The notes under the pieces were generated by a model. It did no database searches. It was not told where the DNA came from and saw nothing but the letters and a program-made list of their open reading frames with translations. Positions 35,265 to 46,981 of a stretch of DNA of 64,000 nucleotides are shown in pieces. Origin of the DNA: Piromyces finnis finn (lineage: Eukaryota > Fungi > Neocallimastigomycota). The DNA lies in assembly GCA_002104945.1 (NCBI GenBank), contig MCFH01000006.1:992001-1056000 (forward strand), read 5' to 3'. Position 1 is the stretch's first letter; every line of letters begins with the position of its first letter. The translations under genes were made by a program, and so were the position numbers.

Positions 35265-38200
35265 AAAAAAATTATGTAGTTTTTTAAGGGTAATACTCAA
35301 AACCTGTTTGCTTAAAATGATATTAATGCTATATTAAATAAAATTTAATTATTTATTATATAAACCAAATTTTTTTTATGAGATTATCTATACTAAAAAA
35401 AAAAAACAATAACAAACATGAATAAAGTATTAATAAAAAATGTGAAAAATATAAAATATTACTTCCAATATATTATTTTATTTTATTTAAAGTAAGATTG
35501 CAATAAATAATTAAATTAAAAAAAAAAATGAATAATTTTTATTAAGAAATAAGAAATATTAAATGATGTACATTATGAATGTTTCATTAATATTAAAAAT
35601 TTAATTAATTTTTTTTGAAACAATATAAATTTAATACATTTTCTATTATAGGTATAGAATTTCTTTTTTTATTTTAAAAAGGCGTATGGAAATAAGAATA
35701 TAATGTAAAAGGAATATTTTATAGTATAAAAAGTATTTAAAAATTAAAATGGACATTATAAAATATTTAAAATATAAAAATATAAATATAAAGATTTTTA
35801 AAAATATTTTAAGTTAGTAATTGATAATCATGGTGTGTAAGGTAATTTAATTGAAAAAAAAAGAAAAAAAAATGAAACAAATATTGATTAACATAAAAAA
35901 TTTAAAGAAAGCAAAAAAAAAAGTTTATTTATTATTATATCTCTTATTTTAAATTATAATTGTTACCCATAAATATATAAAATAATATTATATAAAGTAA
36001 AATAAATATAATTTTTTTGAGAAAATATAATGATTTTTAATTTAATAAATAATTAAATTAAATATATTAACTTTTAAATTTAAAAAAAAGAGAGGACAAA
36101 TATAATGAAAATCAATTGAATAAAATTCTTTTTATTTTATAACAAATCAAATGATATTTATTAATATATAAGAAAAAGAAGAAAATAAAAATTTTATATT
36201 CCATATTAAAAAATTAATATATTATAATAAAAAACTTCTACTCATACTGTTATTTTTTTGCTTTAATTATTGTTATGTTTTTAAATAGAAAAATTATATT
36301 TTGATAAATATTTAACCATTATTATAAAGTTTATTATTTTCATTGATTTTTCAATATTCAAAATATAGTGAAAATTTAAAATGAAAGAATAATGTAAGCC
36401 TTTTTTTTTTTTATTTTTTTTTAGAATAAGAGAACTTAATATGACGATCATACACATGTACAATACTAATGATTTTTTAATTAAAATAGGGATACTTTTT
36501 ATGATATATAAAATTTATCATATAATTCTATTTAAATTAAAGAATAAATTTATGTAAAAATTAATTTATATATTAATATATAATTAATATATAGCCCAAT
36601 AAATAAAAAAGTAAATATTAAAATATTGTAATTTAATTTATATTAAATTTTAGTGCCATTTAATGGAAGAAAACAAATGAATATCATTAATTCCACACTT
36701 TTTCTCTAGATATAAATTTATAATATTAAAAAAGATAATAACATATAATATATATAATATGGTGAATCTTTTATATCACTTTTTATATAATCTTAAATGT
36801 TCAAAATTGAAAAGTTTAAAAATTAACATATTTTTTATAATTATATATTATATTTTTTATATAAAATTAATATTAATAAGAACTTAGAGAAATTAATAAA
36901 AGTACTCCATTAAATATTAATTTTTTTTAAAAAAAGGGATGATAAATTTTCACCCAAAGTTATATTTATTTAAATTCTAAAAATAGTTTTATCTATATTA
37001 AATTATTAAATTAAAAATCACATCAATCAAAAACTATGAAAGATATTTTAAATAAATTATATTATATATAATTTTAAATTTATTTCTTATTATTATCATA
37101 CCTTACTATTCTTTATGATAATATTTTTTTTTATTGTTGAAAATTTAAAAATATAATTATAAAACTGAAGAATTATAATAATAAGATTAATACAATAACA
37201 ACGGATACTACTATTAATAATAATAATAACAATAATTGCAATAATAATACATTTTTTAATATTATTATTTAAAAGAATTATAAATATTATCATTTTATTA
37301 ATGTTTTATTTTTTTAAATAAATTTAATCATGAATCAATTATAAAAAATCTTATTCTTTGAATATACAATTTCTTCTTTTTATACATATAATATTTGTAA
37401 TTATAATAAATGTAATACATTGATAATTTATTTTATAATTATTATTAATTGGAATGGCCTAATTACTTTAATATTTAATTATAAAGAAGTATAATATTAA
37501 AATAAAAAATATGCCGTTATTATTAATATGACTACGGCAAAAAAGGATCTACAACCACAATATCATATTAAAATTTTATTTATCAATACATTACGACTTG
37601 TACATTTATAAAAATGTATGAGTTAATTACAATATATATTTTTTACTTTTTTTTTCGTTCTAAAAATCTTTAAATCTCTTAAAATAATATTTTATATTTT
37701 ATTCTTCTAAAAAAAAGATATTTTCGTATTTATATTTTATGATTTTTAGTAATTGGAGAATACTTTAACTTAATTATATTAATTTTGTTTCTAATTTAAA
37801 TTGTTTTCAACAATATTTCTTAATTTGAATAAATGTATATTCATATTATTTTTTTTCTTTCTTATAATTGAACTATAGTAATTTGGCAAAAAATTTTATT
37901 GAAAAATATATATTAGATTAGCCTTTACTACTATTAAAAAATTTAGTATAATTTATATAATTTATCTTAGATTATACAATAAAAATAGATTATACAATAA
38001 CAAAACAATATTTAAAGATTTCATTAGAGGGATTAATAGTTTCATTTTATAGTTATTATTACAAATAAAATTAGATACCTATTTCAATATAAATGGTTAA
38101 TATATTGAAAATATATTTTTTAACTTTATATTAATAGATTTACTATTAAATAACACATTCTAAAAAAATAATATCTTTTTTTTTTGTATTATTTATTTTA

Positions 38201-38509
38201 TTTATTTTATCCTAATCATTTAGACAAATTAATAATAATAATTAAGTAATATAAAAAACATAAAATATTCTTAAATCTTTCTATTTTATTAAATTACAAA
38301 TTATAATATATTTAATTTTCTAATAAAATTATATATAGAAATTATGAAGTTTTTTATTTTATTTTATTTTATTTTATTTTTAGCATATATTTAATGTTCT
38401 TTTTTGTTATTTTTTATTTCAATTTAAGGCTACAAAAGTATTTTTAATATAACTTTTTAATAATGTTGATAATGTACATTATTTATAAGATAATGTAGAT
38501 AATGTGGAT

Positions 38510-38725
38510 TGTTAGAATATGTGAAACGTTATGTCACATGTATTCAAATGTATTGAAATGTATTAAAACGTATTTGTATATATTGTATTTAATTATATGT
38601 TTAAGCCACAATGTAAATGTATAAATACATGTAGTTTGAGAAGAATGTAACGCAAGTAGTTCTTTATCATAAAATATATTAATAAAGTTGACATAATCAT
38701 AAATCCTAAATTACCACTCTTAATA
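38510..38725 (+). repeat. 5' LTR (216 bp)
   Basis: TGTTAGAAT...CTCTTAATA, identical to 43190-43405 by eye. Confidence 0.95.
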
Positions 38726-38739
38726 GATTAAGAGTCTCA
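38725..38739 (+). promoter_or_regulatory. Primer-binding site complementary to the tRNA-Lys(CUU) anticodon arm
   Basis: The reverse complement of GATTAAGAGTC is GACUCUUAAUC, the conserved anticodon stem-loop of eukaryotic tRNA-Lys(CUU) (recalled, not searched). Confidence 0.7.
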
Positions 38740-39498
38740 ATGACTCTCAAGAGAGAATCTCAATGACCCTCATTGACTCTCAAATGATTCTCTGAAAGAT
38801 GAATCAAACTGCCGGATACAGTATTATGTCAAAGGAGAAAACAGTAGGAAATTCTAACCATTACAATTAAATTATTTAATCTGAAATTATCTATGTTTGG
38901 TAAAACTGTTTTGAGATCTAGAATTTGAGATTTCAAAAATTTTGAAATTGAAATGGCAATCTAAAATTGAAAAACCACGAAATACCAAATAATCCAGTAA
39001 AATGAAAGAAAAACATTACCTGATATAAACAAAGTTTCCTTATACTAAAATAATATAGACAATTTTAAATTCCGAAAGCAAATTATTCTAAAATTGAATT
39101 TTGAATTTTTTAACTTTTAATTTAAATCTTTAAATTTAAAAATAAACAAAACAAATTGAACTCTAAATAATTTTGAACCAACATAAAATTTATTTTATTC
39201 AAATACAACCAATGCCTAAAACTCAGAAATAAATTAAAGTATTCAAAATTGAAAAGAATTAATTATTTTAGAAACTATTTATGAATAGATATTGTAAAAT
39301 TAAATTCAAAGTTAATAAAGTACAAATTCGAAATATAAATTTAGAATTAAATAAACAATAGAATTTCATTCTCAGTTTACCTTATTCACTACAAACAGTA
39401 TAAATTAACTAGTGAACTCTAAATTTATTTTATATAATTATTTACAATTGAGTTATTAAATTTCATCAAATATATTAATATTATAAATACTCCAAAGA

Positions 39499-40701
39499 AT
39501 GAGATTAAGAAGCAAAGTAATATATTTTTTAAATATTTTTTCGACAATTTTAATTCTACCATTGGTAATTGCTGAAAATCAAAAATGTCATGTAACCGAT
39601 GTCGGAACAGGTGTTTGCGTTAGAGAGGATCAATGTAAATTAAATGATAAACAAACTGGCAATGCTAAAGCATATGCAGGTTTTTGTACACATGACTCAG
39701 TTAATATTAAATGCTGTATAAAAGATGTCGATACACTTACAGATGGAACAGCTCTTCTAAATACAGGAAAATGTAAAAATATAAATGAAGATGACTGTTC
39801 AGAAGAATCTTACACGAGATATATGGACCAATGCCCAGGACCTAGTGTTATTCGACTATGCGTTCCAAATACAAATCAAAATAATGATCAATTAAAAGTA
39901 AGTGACAATATAATTAACATAATCAAAATTTTTGAAGGATGTGTATTAACTGCCTATTTAGATCCGGTTGGAGTATGGACTATTGGTTACGGTACTACCA
40001 GTGCTAACTATGATATTACTGGAACATATATCAACGAGGGCTTAACAATAGATGAAAAAACTGCAGAGAAATGGTTAAAACTTTCAATCGAAAAAAAATA
40101 TGGTCCTAATGTAAAATCTTTCAATTATAAATATAATTGGAATCAAAATGAATATGATGCATTATGTAGTTTTGCTTATAATGTTGGAAGTATTGATGGA
40201 TTAACTAATAATGGTCGGAGAACAAAGGAAGAAATTAATAAAAAGATTTTAGAATACAACAAAGGATATGTAAACGGTGTTTTAAAACCTCTTCCAGGAT
40301 TAGTAAGAAGAAGAGCAGCTGAGGCTGCACTATTTGCAGGTTGTGACTATTCAACCTATATCAATTTTGGTAAAACATATACTAAAATTGGTATAGAAAT
40401 TTGTGATCATATTGGTGAATTTTATATTAAAAAGTTATGCGATCTTGGTTATAAAGTTGACATTAGTAAAGTCAGTATATCCAAAATACCAATTATCTCT
40501 AACAATACCGATATAACTAATATTTCTAATGACATTAATATAGTTGATAGTGAATCTTGTGGTTATTATATTGTTGATAACCAACTTAATGACGAACAAG
40601 AAGATTCAAACGGAACTGTAAACTTCAAATATATTTCTCTCGCAAATGTATTTATTATTTTAATGTCAGTAATGTTTTGGCAAATAAACATTGTATATTA
40701 G
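39499..40701 (+). CDS. Secreted, probably membrane-anchored GH24 (T4/phage-type) lysozyme with N-terminal Cys-rich domain
   Basis: Signal peptide; Cys-rich module; FEGCVLTAYLDPVGVWTIGYGTT with E, D(+9), T(+6) as in T4 lysozyme E11/D20/T26; YDALCSFAYNVG; GLVRRRAAEAALF; hydrophobic C-terminus; intronless. Confidence 0.92.
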   Translation: MRLRSKVIYFLNIFSTILILPLVIAENQKCHVTDVGTGVCVREDQCKLNDKQTGNAKAYAGFCTHDSVNIKCCIKDVDTLTDGTALLNTGKCKNINEDDCSEESYTRYMDQCPGPSVIRLCVPNTNQNNDQLKVSDNIINIIKIFEGCVLTAYLDPVGVWTIGYGTTSANYDITGTYINEGLTIDEKTAEKWLKLSIEKKYGPNVKSFNYKYNWNQNEYDALCSFAYNVGSIDGLTNNGRRTKEEINKKILEYNKGYVNGVLKPLPGLVRRRAAEAALFAGCDYSTYINFGKTYTKIGIEICDHIGEFYIKKLCDLGYKVDISKVSISKIPIISNNTDITNISNDINIVDSESCGYYIVDNQLNDEQEDSNGTVNFKYISLANVFIILMSVMFWQINIVY

Positions 40702-41664
40702 AATTCTCCTAATTTACTCAATTTATTAAATTTATTAATTTGATTTTGATCTACTCATTATGTCAATTTACATTCATTATCATTTAAAAATCCATATATT
40801 CAATTATGTAAATATTCATAAACATACATACACCTACAAACATTCATTTTATTTTTAAAAGAATTAGTTTTATTAACATTCATAAAATAGCATTATCGTT
40901 ATTAAAAGCATACATATTTATTTCAAGTAAATAAATTGTTTGTGAAATATTCGAATATTTTAACTACTACTATTTTAATGAGATAATATCCTTTCCGCCA
41001 TAGGGGAAAGAATTGAAGAAAATAATTAATTTTTACAATTAGAAACAATAATTAGAATAATTAAACATTATTTGATAAGTTTATATAAAATATCCTATTA
41101 CAATGAAATTATACAAAAAGAATTGAACTATCCTTGTGAAAATGTCAAACAACTTCATCATGATAATATCACTCAAAATTAGTATATATTATTTAATCCA
41201 GTATACAACTCTTTGAATTGATTTACTATAACAACACATTAAGATAATATATTTAGCCTCAAAAGCATTATTAAAGTTATTGCTAATCTACAAAGCAAAT
41301 ATATTTCTGGTCAAATGCTCATCCCGTAGGCAATTATTAGTTATTGCTAATCTACAAAGCATATATTTTAAATGAGGTAATTTATTAAAGTTAGAAATGC
41401 TTAGCGTGAAATGAGCATATTCTACACATATATATTTAGAATGACCTAGCGTGAAATGGGTGCATTCAATAATATTTTAACAACTTATCATGATTTAACT
41501 TAGCGTGAAATGAGTTAAATTCATAGATATTTATTAATGATGGTTCAAGATCTACATATATTTAATTTGGTCCCATCAATAAAATGTAGCACCTTTATAG
41601 AAAGGGCTCCATAAATTTAGATGACATTGATTCATCATATATATTTATTACCAACATTCAAGAA

Positions 41665-41980
41665 TGTTGTGACGCCGTTTTAAAATTAAATTTACGGTGA
41701 TTTTAGAAACCCTCATATACATATCGCCACTTTAAACGTAGTGAGTGATCGCCGACCTATTAGCTGACATTCTAATTAACCGAGCCGACTTCGATATTGT
41801 TTAGAAGAACTTTATTCTCTTCAACAATCGATACTTTAAATGTCATTATCTTATCATATTAACTTGTTATAATCTTACTGGTATATTTACTTATTTTAAT
41901 TTGAAGTAAAGAAATAAATACTTGAAGTATATTTTAATTGTTTGATTGATTTTAATAATCATTTCATTAATTTCACAACA
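41665..41980. mobile_element. Probable solo LTR of a different family nested inside the element
   Basis: 316 bp bounded by perfect inverted termini TGTTGTGA...TCACAACA; no matching TSD (aagaa vs cttaa). Confidence 0.5.
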
Positions 41981-42576
41981 CTTAAAAGGATTAGTAATTG
42001 AGAAAAATGAATGAAAACATTAGAATATGTTATTTATTTTAATATAGGCATTAAAATTTATCGTATATGTTATGAAAATTTATTCATTATTATGAAAATT
42101 TGATGCAAAATGAATGAAATTTTATGAAATTTAAATTTCTCATTTTCAAATCTAAATATTTATTACTAAACATCTAGATTTGAGGGGGAAGTAGTGAATA
42201 TACGAAATTTAAAATTCAAGATAATAATTTTTGTTTCTAGTTAAACATTGGAAATAACTAAAACATTGCATAGAAACTAAGGCTTAATAAATAGAATGAA
42301 TTGAAATTCAAATGTAAAAATCTATAAGATTCAATATTCAATATGTAAAAATGAAAAGAACAAAATTTCAAATACAAAGTAAAATATTCTTAAATATTAT
42401 AAGAATAATTAATCAATACAAAAGGCATAAAAGGAAGGAAAAACACCTAAAAGAAAATGTTAAAATTCAATATACATAAACTAAATAACTATTAAGAATT
42501 TAATTAAAATTTTACCATTATTAATTAGTATTTACAAATAGATTGAAATACAATTATGCTAATATTCTAAAGAAAA

Positions 42577-42890
42577 TTGTAGTTATAAGGACATAAAACC
42601 AGAGAGTTATCCATAGGTTGTCCGAAGAACGTAAAACCAAGAAGATTAACCATAGGTTGTTAAGAGAACGTAAAACCAAAAGGAGTTATCCATATGTGTT
42701 GTCATAAGGACGTAAAATCAAAGGTTAACCATGAGTTGTTAAGAAAACGTAAAACCAAAGAGGTAAACCATGCGTTGTCATAAGGACGTAAAATCAAAGA
42801 GATAAACCATGTGTTGTCTATAATTCTGTGTAAATCTCAGAGAGATTACCAATATAGTTTATAGGATAATGTAAAACCGGAAGGGTTTTC
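42577..42890. repeat. Degenerate tandem array, about 8 units of 38-42 bp
   Basis: Approximate consensus GTTGTYAKAAGRACGTAAAACCAARGAGWTAACCAT; the GTAAAA anchor recurs at 42593, 42631, 42671, 42712, 42750, 42789, 42831 and 42871. Confidence 0.85.
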
Positions 42891-43189
42891 AATCCTTAAT
42901 GGATGGTATAACAATTTATGAATATCCAATCCAAATTTTAAACTTTAATACTACCCAATTATACAAAGGTTTTCAGTTTATCCATAAAAACGAAGTTATA
43001 GGGTAATATTTAAATTCTTTAAAGCAATTAGTGAATAATATATGTGAAATATTTTAAATTCCAGTTAATGAAATATAAAAATTTTAAACATTAGATTTAG
43101 TTTATAGTTAATAGTTTAGAAATAATAAAATGCACATATTCACCAGCAAACCAAATTTTACTTAGTAGAAAATTAGGTTTGAGGGGGAA

Positions 43190-43405
43190 TGTTAGAATAT
43201 GTGAAACGTTATGTCACATGTATTCAAATGTATTGAAATGTATTAAAACGTATTTGTATATATTGTATTTAATTATATGTTTAAGCCACAATGTAAATGT
43301 ATAAATACATGTAGTTTGAGAAGAATGTAACGCAAGTAGTTCTTTATCATAAAATATATTAATAAAGTTGACATAATCATAAATCCTAAATTACCACTCT
43401 TAATA
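43190..43405 (+). repeat. 3' LTR (216 bp)
   Basis: Preceded by the PPT, followed by the TSD TGGAT. Confidence 0.95.
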
Positions 43406-43502
43406 TGGATAATGGAAGATTGGAAATATTTAAAAAAATAAATTAAAATCTTTTCAAAATTAGTTATATATTGTTACTATAAATGGATAAATTGCTTATA
43501 AA

Positions 43503-43652
43503 TGTTTAGAATATGTGAAACGTATGTCACATGTATTGAAGTGTATTCAAACGTATTATAATGTATTATATTTTATTAGGTGATTAAATCATAATGTAAT
43601 AGAATGTAACAATAGTAGTTCTTTATCATAAATTATATTAATAAAGTTTGAC
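43503..43652 (+). mobile_element. Older, diverged LTR of the same family
   Basis: tgtttagaatatgtgaaacg-tatgtcacatgtatt...agtagttctttatcataaa.tatattaataaagt aligns to the 216-bp LTR with indels. Confidence 0.8.
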
Positions 43653-44407
43653 TCATGTTTTTTATGGTTAATGCTATATAACATAAAAGTTTGTGGTTCA
43701 TAGCAATTCTTATTTTATCTTAACCATTAAAAGTGTGACCATTTGAATAAATAGAATTAGGAAAAATAAAATCTTAAGTATGTGGTTCATAACAATTTTA
43801 ATTTTATTTTCATAAAATATCATTATTAATATAACTATTTAAATAATATAGATAAGAAAAAAAAAAAAATTATTCAAATTCATATATTTTTATAAGTTTA
43901 TTATTATATAATGTGTATTGGTATTAATAAAATTAATTTTATATATCAATTTTTAAAAATAAATTTATGCTAATTTTAGATGCTAAAATATTAAAAATAA
44001 TCTATATAATATTTATATCTTTTGTTTATTGTCTGAAATATTTACAAGTATTTTTGTTAAAAATAATATTTTACCTTTTTATTTTATATAAATATGTTAA
44101 ATATTTGTATAAAATCTGGCTTTAGAGAATTATTTCCAATAAATTTAGTAATTATTATGGATATAGTTTTTAATTCTTCACATACATTATTTACAGCAAA
44201 TGGCCATCCAGAATTCTTTAAAAGATAATTTCCTTACACTATCTAATATCGAGAAGGATATTATTTATTAAATACTTTCTTTTCTCAATTAAAATTTTTA
44301 AAACATTGTATTGTATACCTGAAAGAATACACAAAGCATGAAAGTTAATATTGCTTTTTAATATTTGTTGCATATACTTTAAAAAAATTTTTTTAAAAGT
44401 AAATTTT

Positions 44408-44463
44408 AATGAACACGATTGAATAAAAAACAGGTATAATATATTCTAGTAATTTTAATTAAA
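44408..44463 (-). repeat. Decayed fragment of the LINE 3' UTR
   Basis: gaataaaaaacaggtataatatattctagtaattttaattaaa resembles 12660-12703 gaataaaaattgggtataatgtattctagtaattttaattaaa. Confidence 0.6.
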
Positions 44464-45070
44464 ATAAACCAAAATATGAATTTATATATATATTGATTCA
44501 AGAGAGGTTACAAATATATGATCATATGTATTAAAACATTTAACATTTAAAGTTGATTTATAATTATCAACTATTTATAATTGGAGGTATTAATATTATT
44601 TATTATAGATTTCATTTAATTTAAAAATTATATTTTCTTTAATAAATGTAAATATTTTCATTTTTATTTTTAATTATTTGCCAATATTTATTATAATTAA
44701 AATTTTATAACTTTTTTACGACTAATTATACAATTGAAGAAATAAATAAAAAATAATTTTCTCCTTTGGTGTAAATTAAATATAAATAACAGAGTATCAT
44801 TTTTTATTGTATGTTTTATTTAGATTGGTAGTGATGAATGCTAGCTTAATATGTATAATATCTTTTATATAAATAATTATTAATGAAATTATATAATAAA
44901 GCTTTTATTTCTTATTTTTTTTCAAAAATCATTATTTTACTAATAAAAAAGCAATTTAATTTTCTACTAAATAAATAAAGTTCTTTATAATAATTTTATT
45001 TAAAATGTAAAAGCTATTTTTTATTTTTTGAAAAATAAAAAAAAAAAAAGGAATTTTAATAATTCGAGTG

Positions 45071-45209
45071 ATTAAGTGAGCGTCGAAGCTGAAGAAACAG
45101 TATGACAGACCAGGAGGGTCACAACCACCTAGCAATAGGAATGAGCCAACGTTTCTCTAAGAACCACCATTGGAGCTAACTCTGATCGATGGGAGAAATG
45201 CACTCGGAA

Positions 45210-45274
<65 letters not shown>
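45071..45274 (+). mobile_element. 5'-truncated SINE copy with long A-tail and 16-bp TSD
   Basis: TSD tttaataattcgagtg at 45055-45070 and 45275-45290. Body matches the 3' end of the 57779-58351 element. The empty site is present in the other inverted arm (49971-49986). Confidence 0.93.
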
Positions 45275-45277
<3 letters not shown>

Positions 45278-45856
45278 AATAATTCGAGTGTAACATTTAT
45301 CACTAATTAATATTTATTACTATTTTTCAAAAATATTTAAAATATTCCTTATGATATTATTGTGTTACGTTTATCATTCAAAATTGGCTCAAAATTCATT
45401 TTAAATATTTTTAAAGTTTGTTACTATCATTGATTTTCATTTTTTGTATTTATTAATATCACAACTACAAATTTTAATTATTATTATATTTTTATATTAA
45501 ATCATGTTAATATGATATTATTATTTCTTTCATAATAAAACTATTCTCCTTTTTTTTATCCTATTTTATGATATTTGTTATTAGAAATGAATAAATAATT
45601 GGTTTCAATTATAATCATATATAATAAGTTGTTTTAATATTATTCATTATTAAAATATATTATTAAAATACTATTAATACAATATGTTAATATTTATTAA
45701 AAAAAATATAAATAGGTAAAATTTTCTTTTCTTTTTTTTTAATAATTATAATACAATTCAAAATTTGTATATAATAATACTCTTTTATAAAAATAAAAAG
45801 AATAATAAATAAATAATTTTAAATTTAAAAAGTAAATTTATTACAAATATTTCAAA

Positions 45857-46981
45857 ATGCGTTTCTCTCTTGTTTTCGGTATTGTTCTTTCTTTATCTTT
45901 AAATGCTATCGGTTTACCAATTTCTGATGAAGAACCAACTCAAGTTGATATTGCACTGGTTGAACCAGTTGAACCAGTTGAACCAGTTGAACCAGTTGAA
46001 CCAGTTGAACCAATTGAACCAATTGTACCAGTAGTTCCATCTACTAAAACTTTACCACCAAAAGCTTTACTAGAAACTACAGTTGTTCCAGAAGCACCAG
46101 CTCCAAAGTCTTTACTTGAAGGTCCAGAAAGACCAGAAACACCAGCCCCAAAGTCATTAAAAGAACCAGTAGCTCCAGGAATTCAAGAAACTCCAATTGT
46201 TCCACCTACTAAGACTTTACATGCTAAAACTTTACCAACTGTTACTAATAATTTAATTGCTGAAGAAGATACTGAAATCCCAGCTCTAAAATCATTACCA
46301 GAACCAATAACTTCAGAACCAATAGCTTCAGAACCAATAGCTCCAGAACCAGTAGCTCCAGAAACACCAGCTTCAAAATCATTACCAGAACCAATAGCTT
46401 CAGAACCAATAGCTCCAGAACCAGTAGCTCCAGAAACACCAGCTTCAAAATCATTACCAGAACCAATAACTTCAGAACCAGTAGCTCCAGAAACACCAGC
46501 TTCAAAATCATTACCAGAACCAATAACTTCAGAACCAGTAGCTCCAGAAACACCAGCTTCAAAATCATTACCAGAACCAATAGCTCTAGAATCAGTAGCT
46601 CCAGAAACACCAGCTTCAAAATCATTACCAGAACCAGTAGCTCCAAAAGTCCCAGAAGCTTCAATTATTCAATCTACTAAGACTTTACCAGCTAAGGCTT
46701 TACCAACAAATAGTGGTTTAGCTGCTGAAGAAAATGTTGAAATTCCAGCTCCAAAAACTATACCTGAAACTCCAATTGTTCCAAATGCTCCAAATGCTCC
46801 AATTGCTCCAATTGCTTCAGAAACTTCAGCTCCAAAATCATTACCTGAAGCTTCTGAAACTCCTGAAGTACCAATTGCTCCAATTGTTCCAACTACTAAA
46901 ACAATTGTTATTCAAACTACTAAAACTTTACCTGTTATTAAAACTACTAAAACCTTACCAACTATCATTGAAACTAACTAA
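45857..46981 (+). CDS. Secreted Pro/Glu/Thr-rich repeat protein (KTLP/KSLP repeats), 374 aa
   Basis: Signal peptide MRFSLVFGIVLSLSLNAIG, (EPV)n, 19- and 24-aa SKSLPEPI..PETPA repeats; no catalytic domain recognised. Confidence 0.8.
   Translation: MRFSLVFGIVLSLSLNAIGLPISDEEPTQVDIALVEPVEPVEPVEPVEPVEPIEPIVPVVPSTKTLPPKALLETTVVPEAPAPKSLLEGPERPETPAPKSLKEPVAPGIQETPIVPPTKTLHAKTLPTVTNNLIAEEDTEIPALKSLPEPITSEPIASEPIAPEPVAPETPASKSLPEPIASEPIAPEPVAPETPASKSLPEPITSEPVAPETPASKSLPEPITSEPVAPETPASKSLPEPIALESVAPETPASKSLPEPVAPKVPEASIIQSTKTLPAKALPTNSGLAAEENVEIPAPKTIPETPIVPNAPNAPIAPIASETSAPKSLPEASETPEVPIAPIVPTTKTIVIQTTKTLPVIKTTKTLPTIIETN

Larger units (their letters stand above)
38510..43405 (+). mobile_element. 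Non-autonomous LTR retroelement carrying a lysozyme gene
   Basis: Identical 216-bp LTRs (38510-38725, 43190-43405); TSD TGGAT (38505-38509, 43406-43410); PBS-like tract at 38725-38739; PPT tttgagggggaa at 43178-43189; no gag, RT or IN ORF in the ORF track. Confidence 0.92.

Noticed and set aside
42577-42890. CRISPR array
   Set aside because: Units are degenerate and contiguous with no unique spacers; the context is eukaryotic and no cas genes are present.
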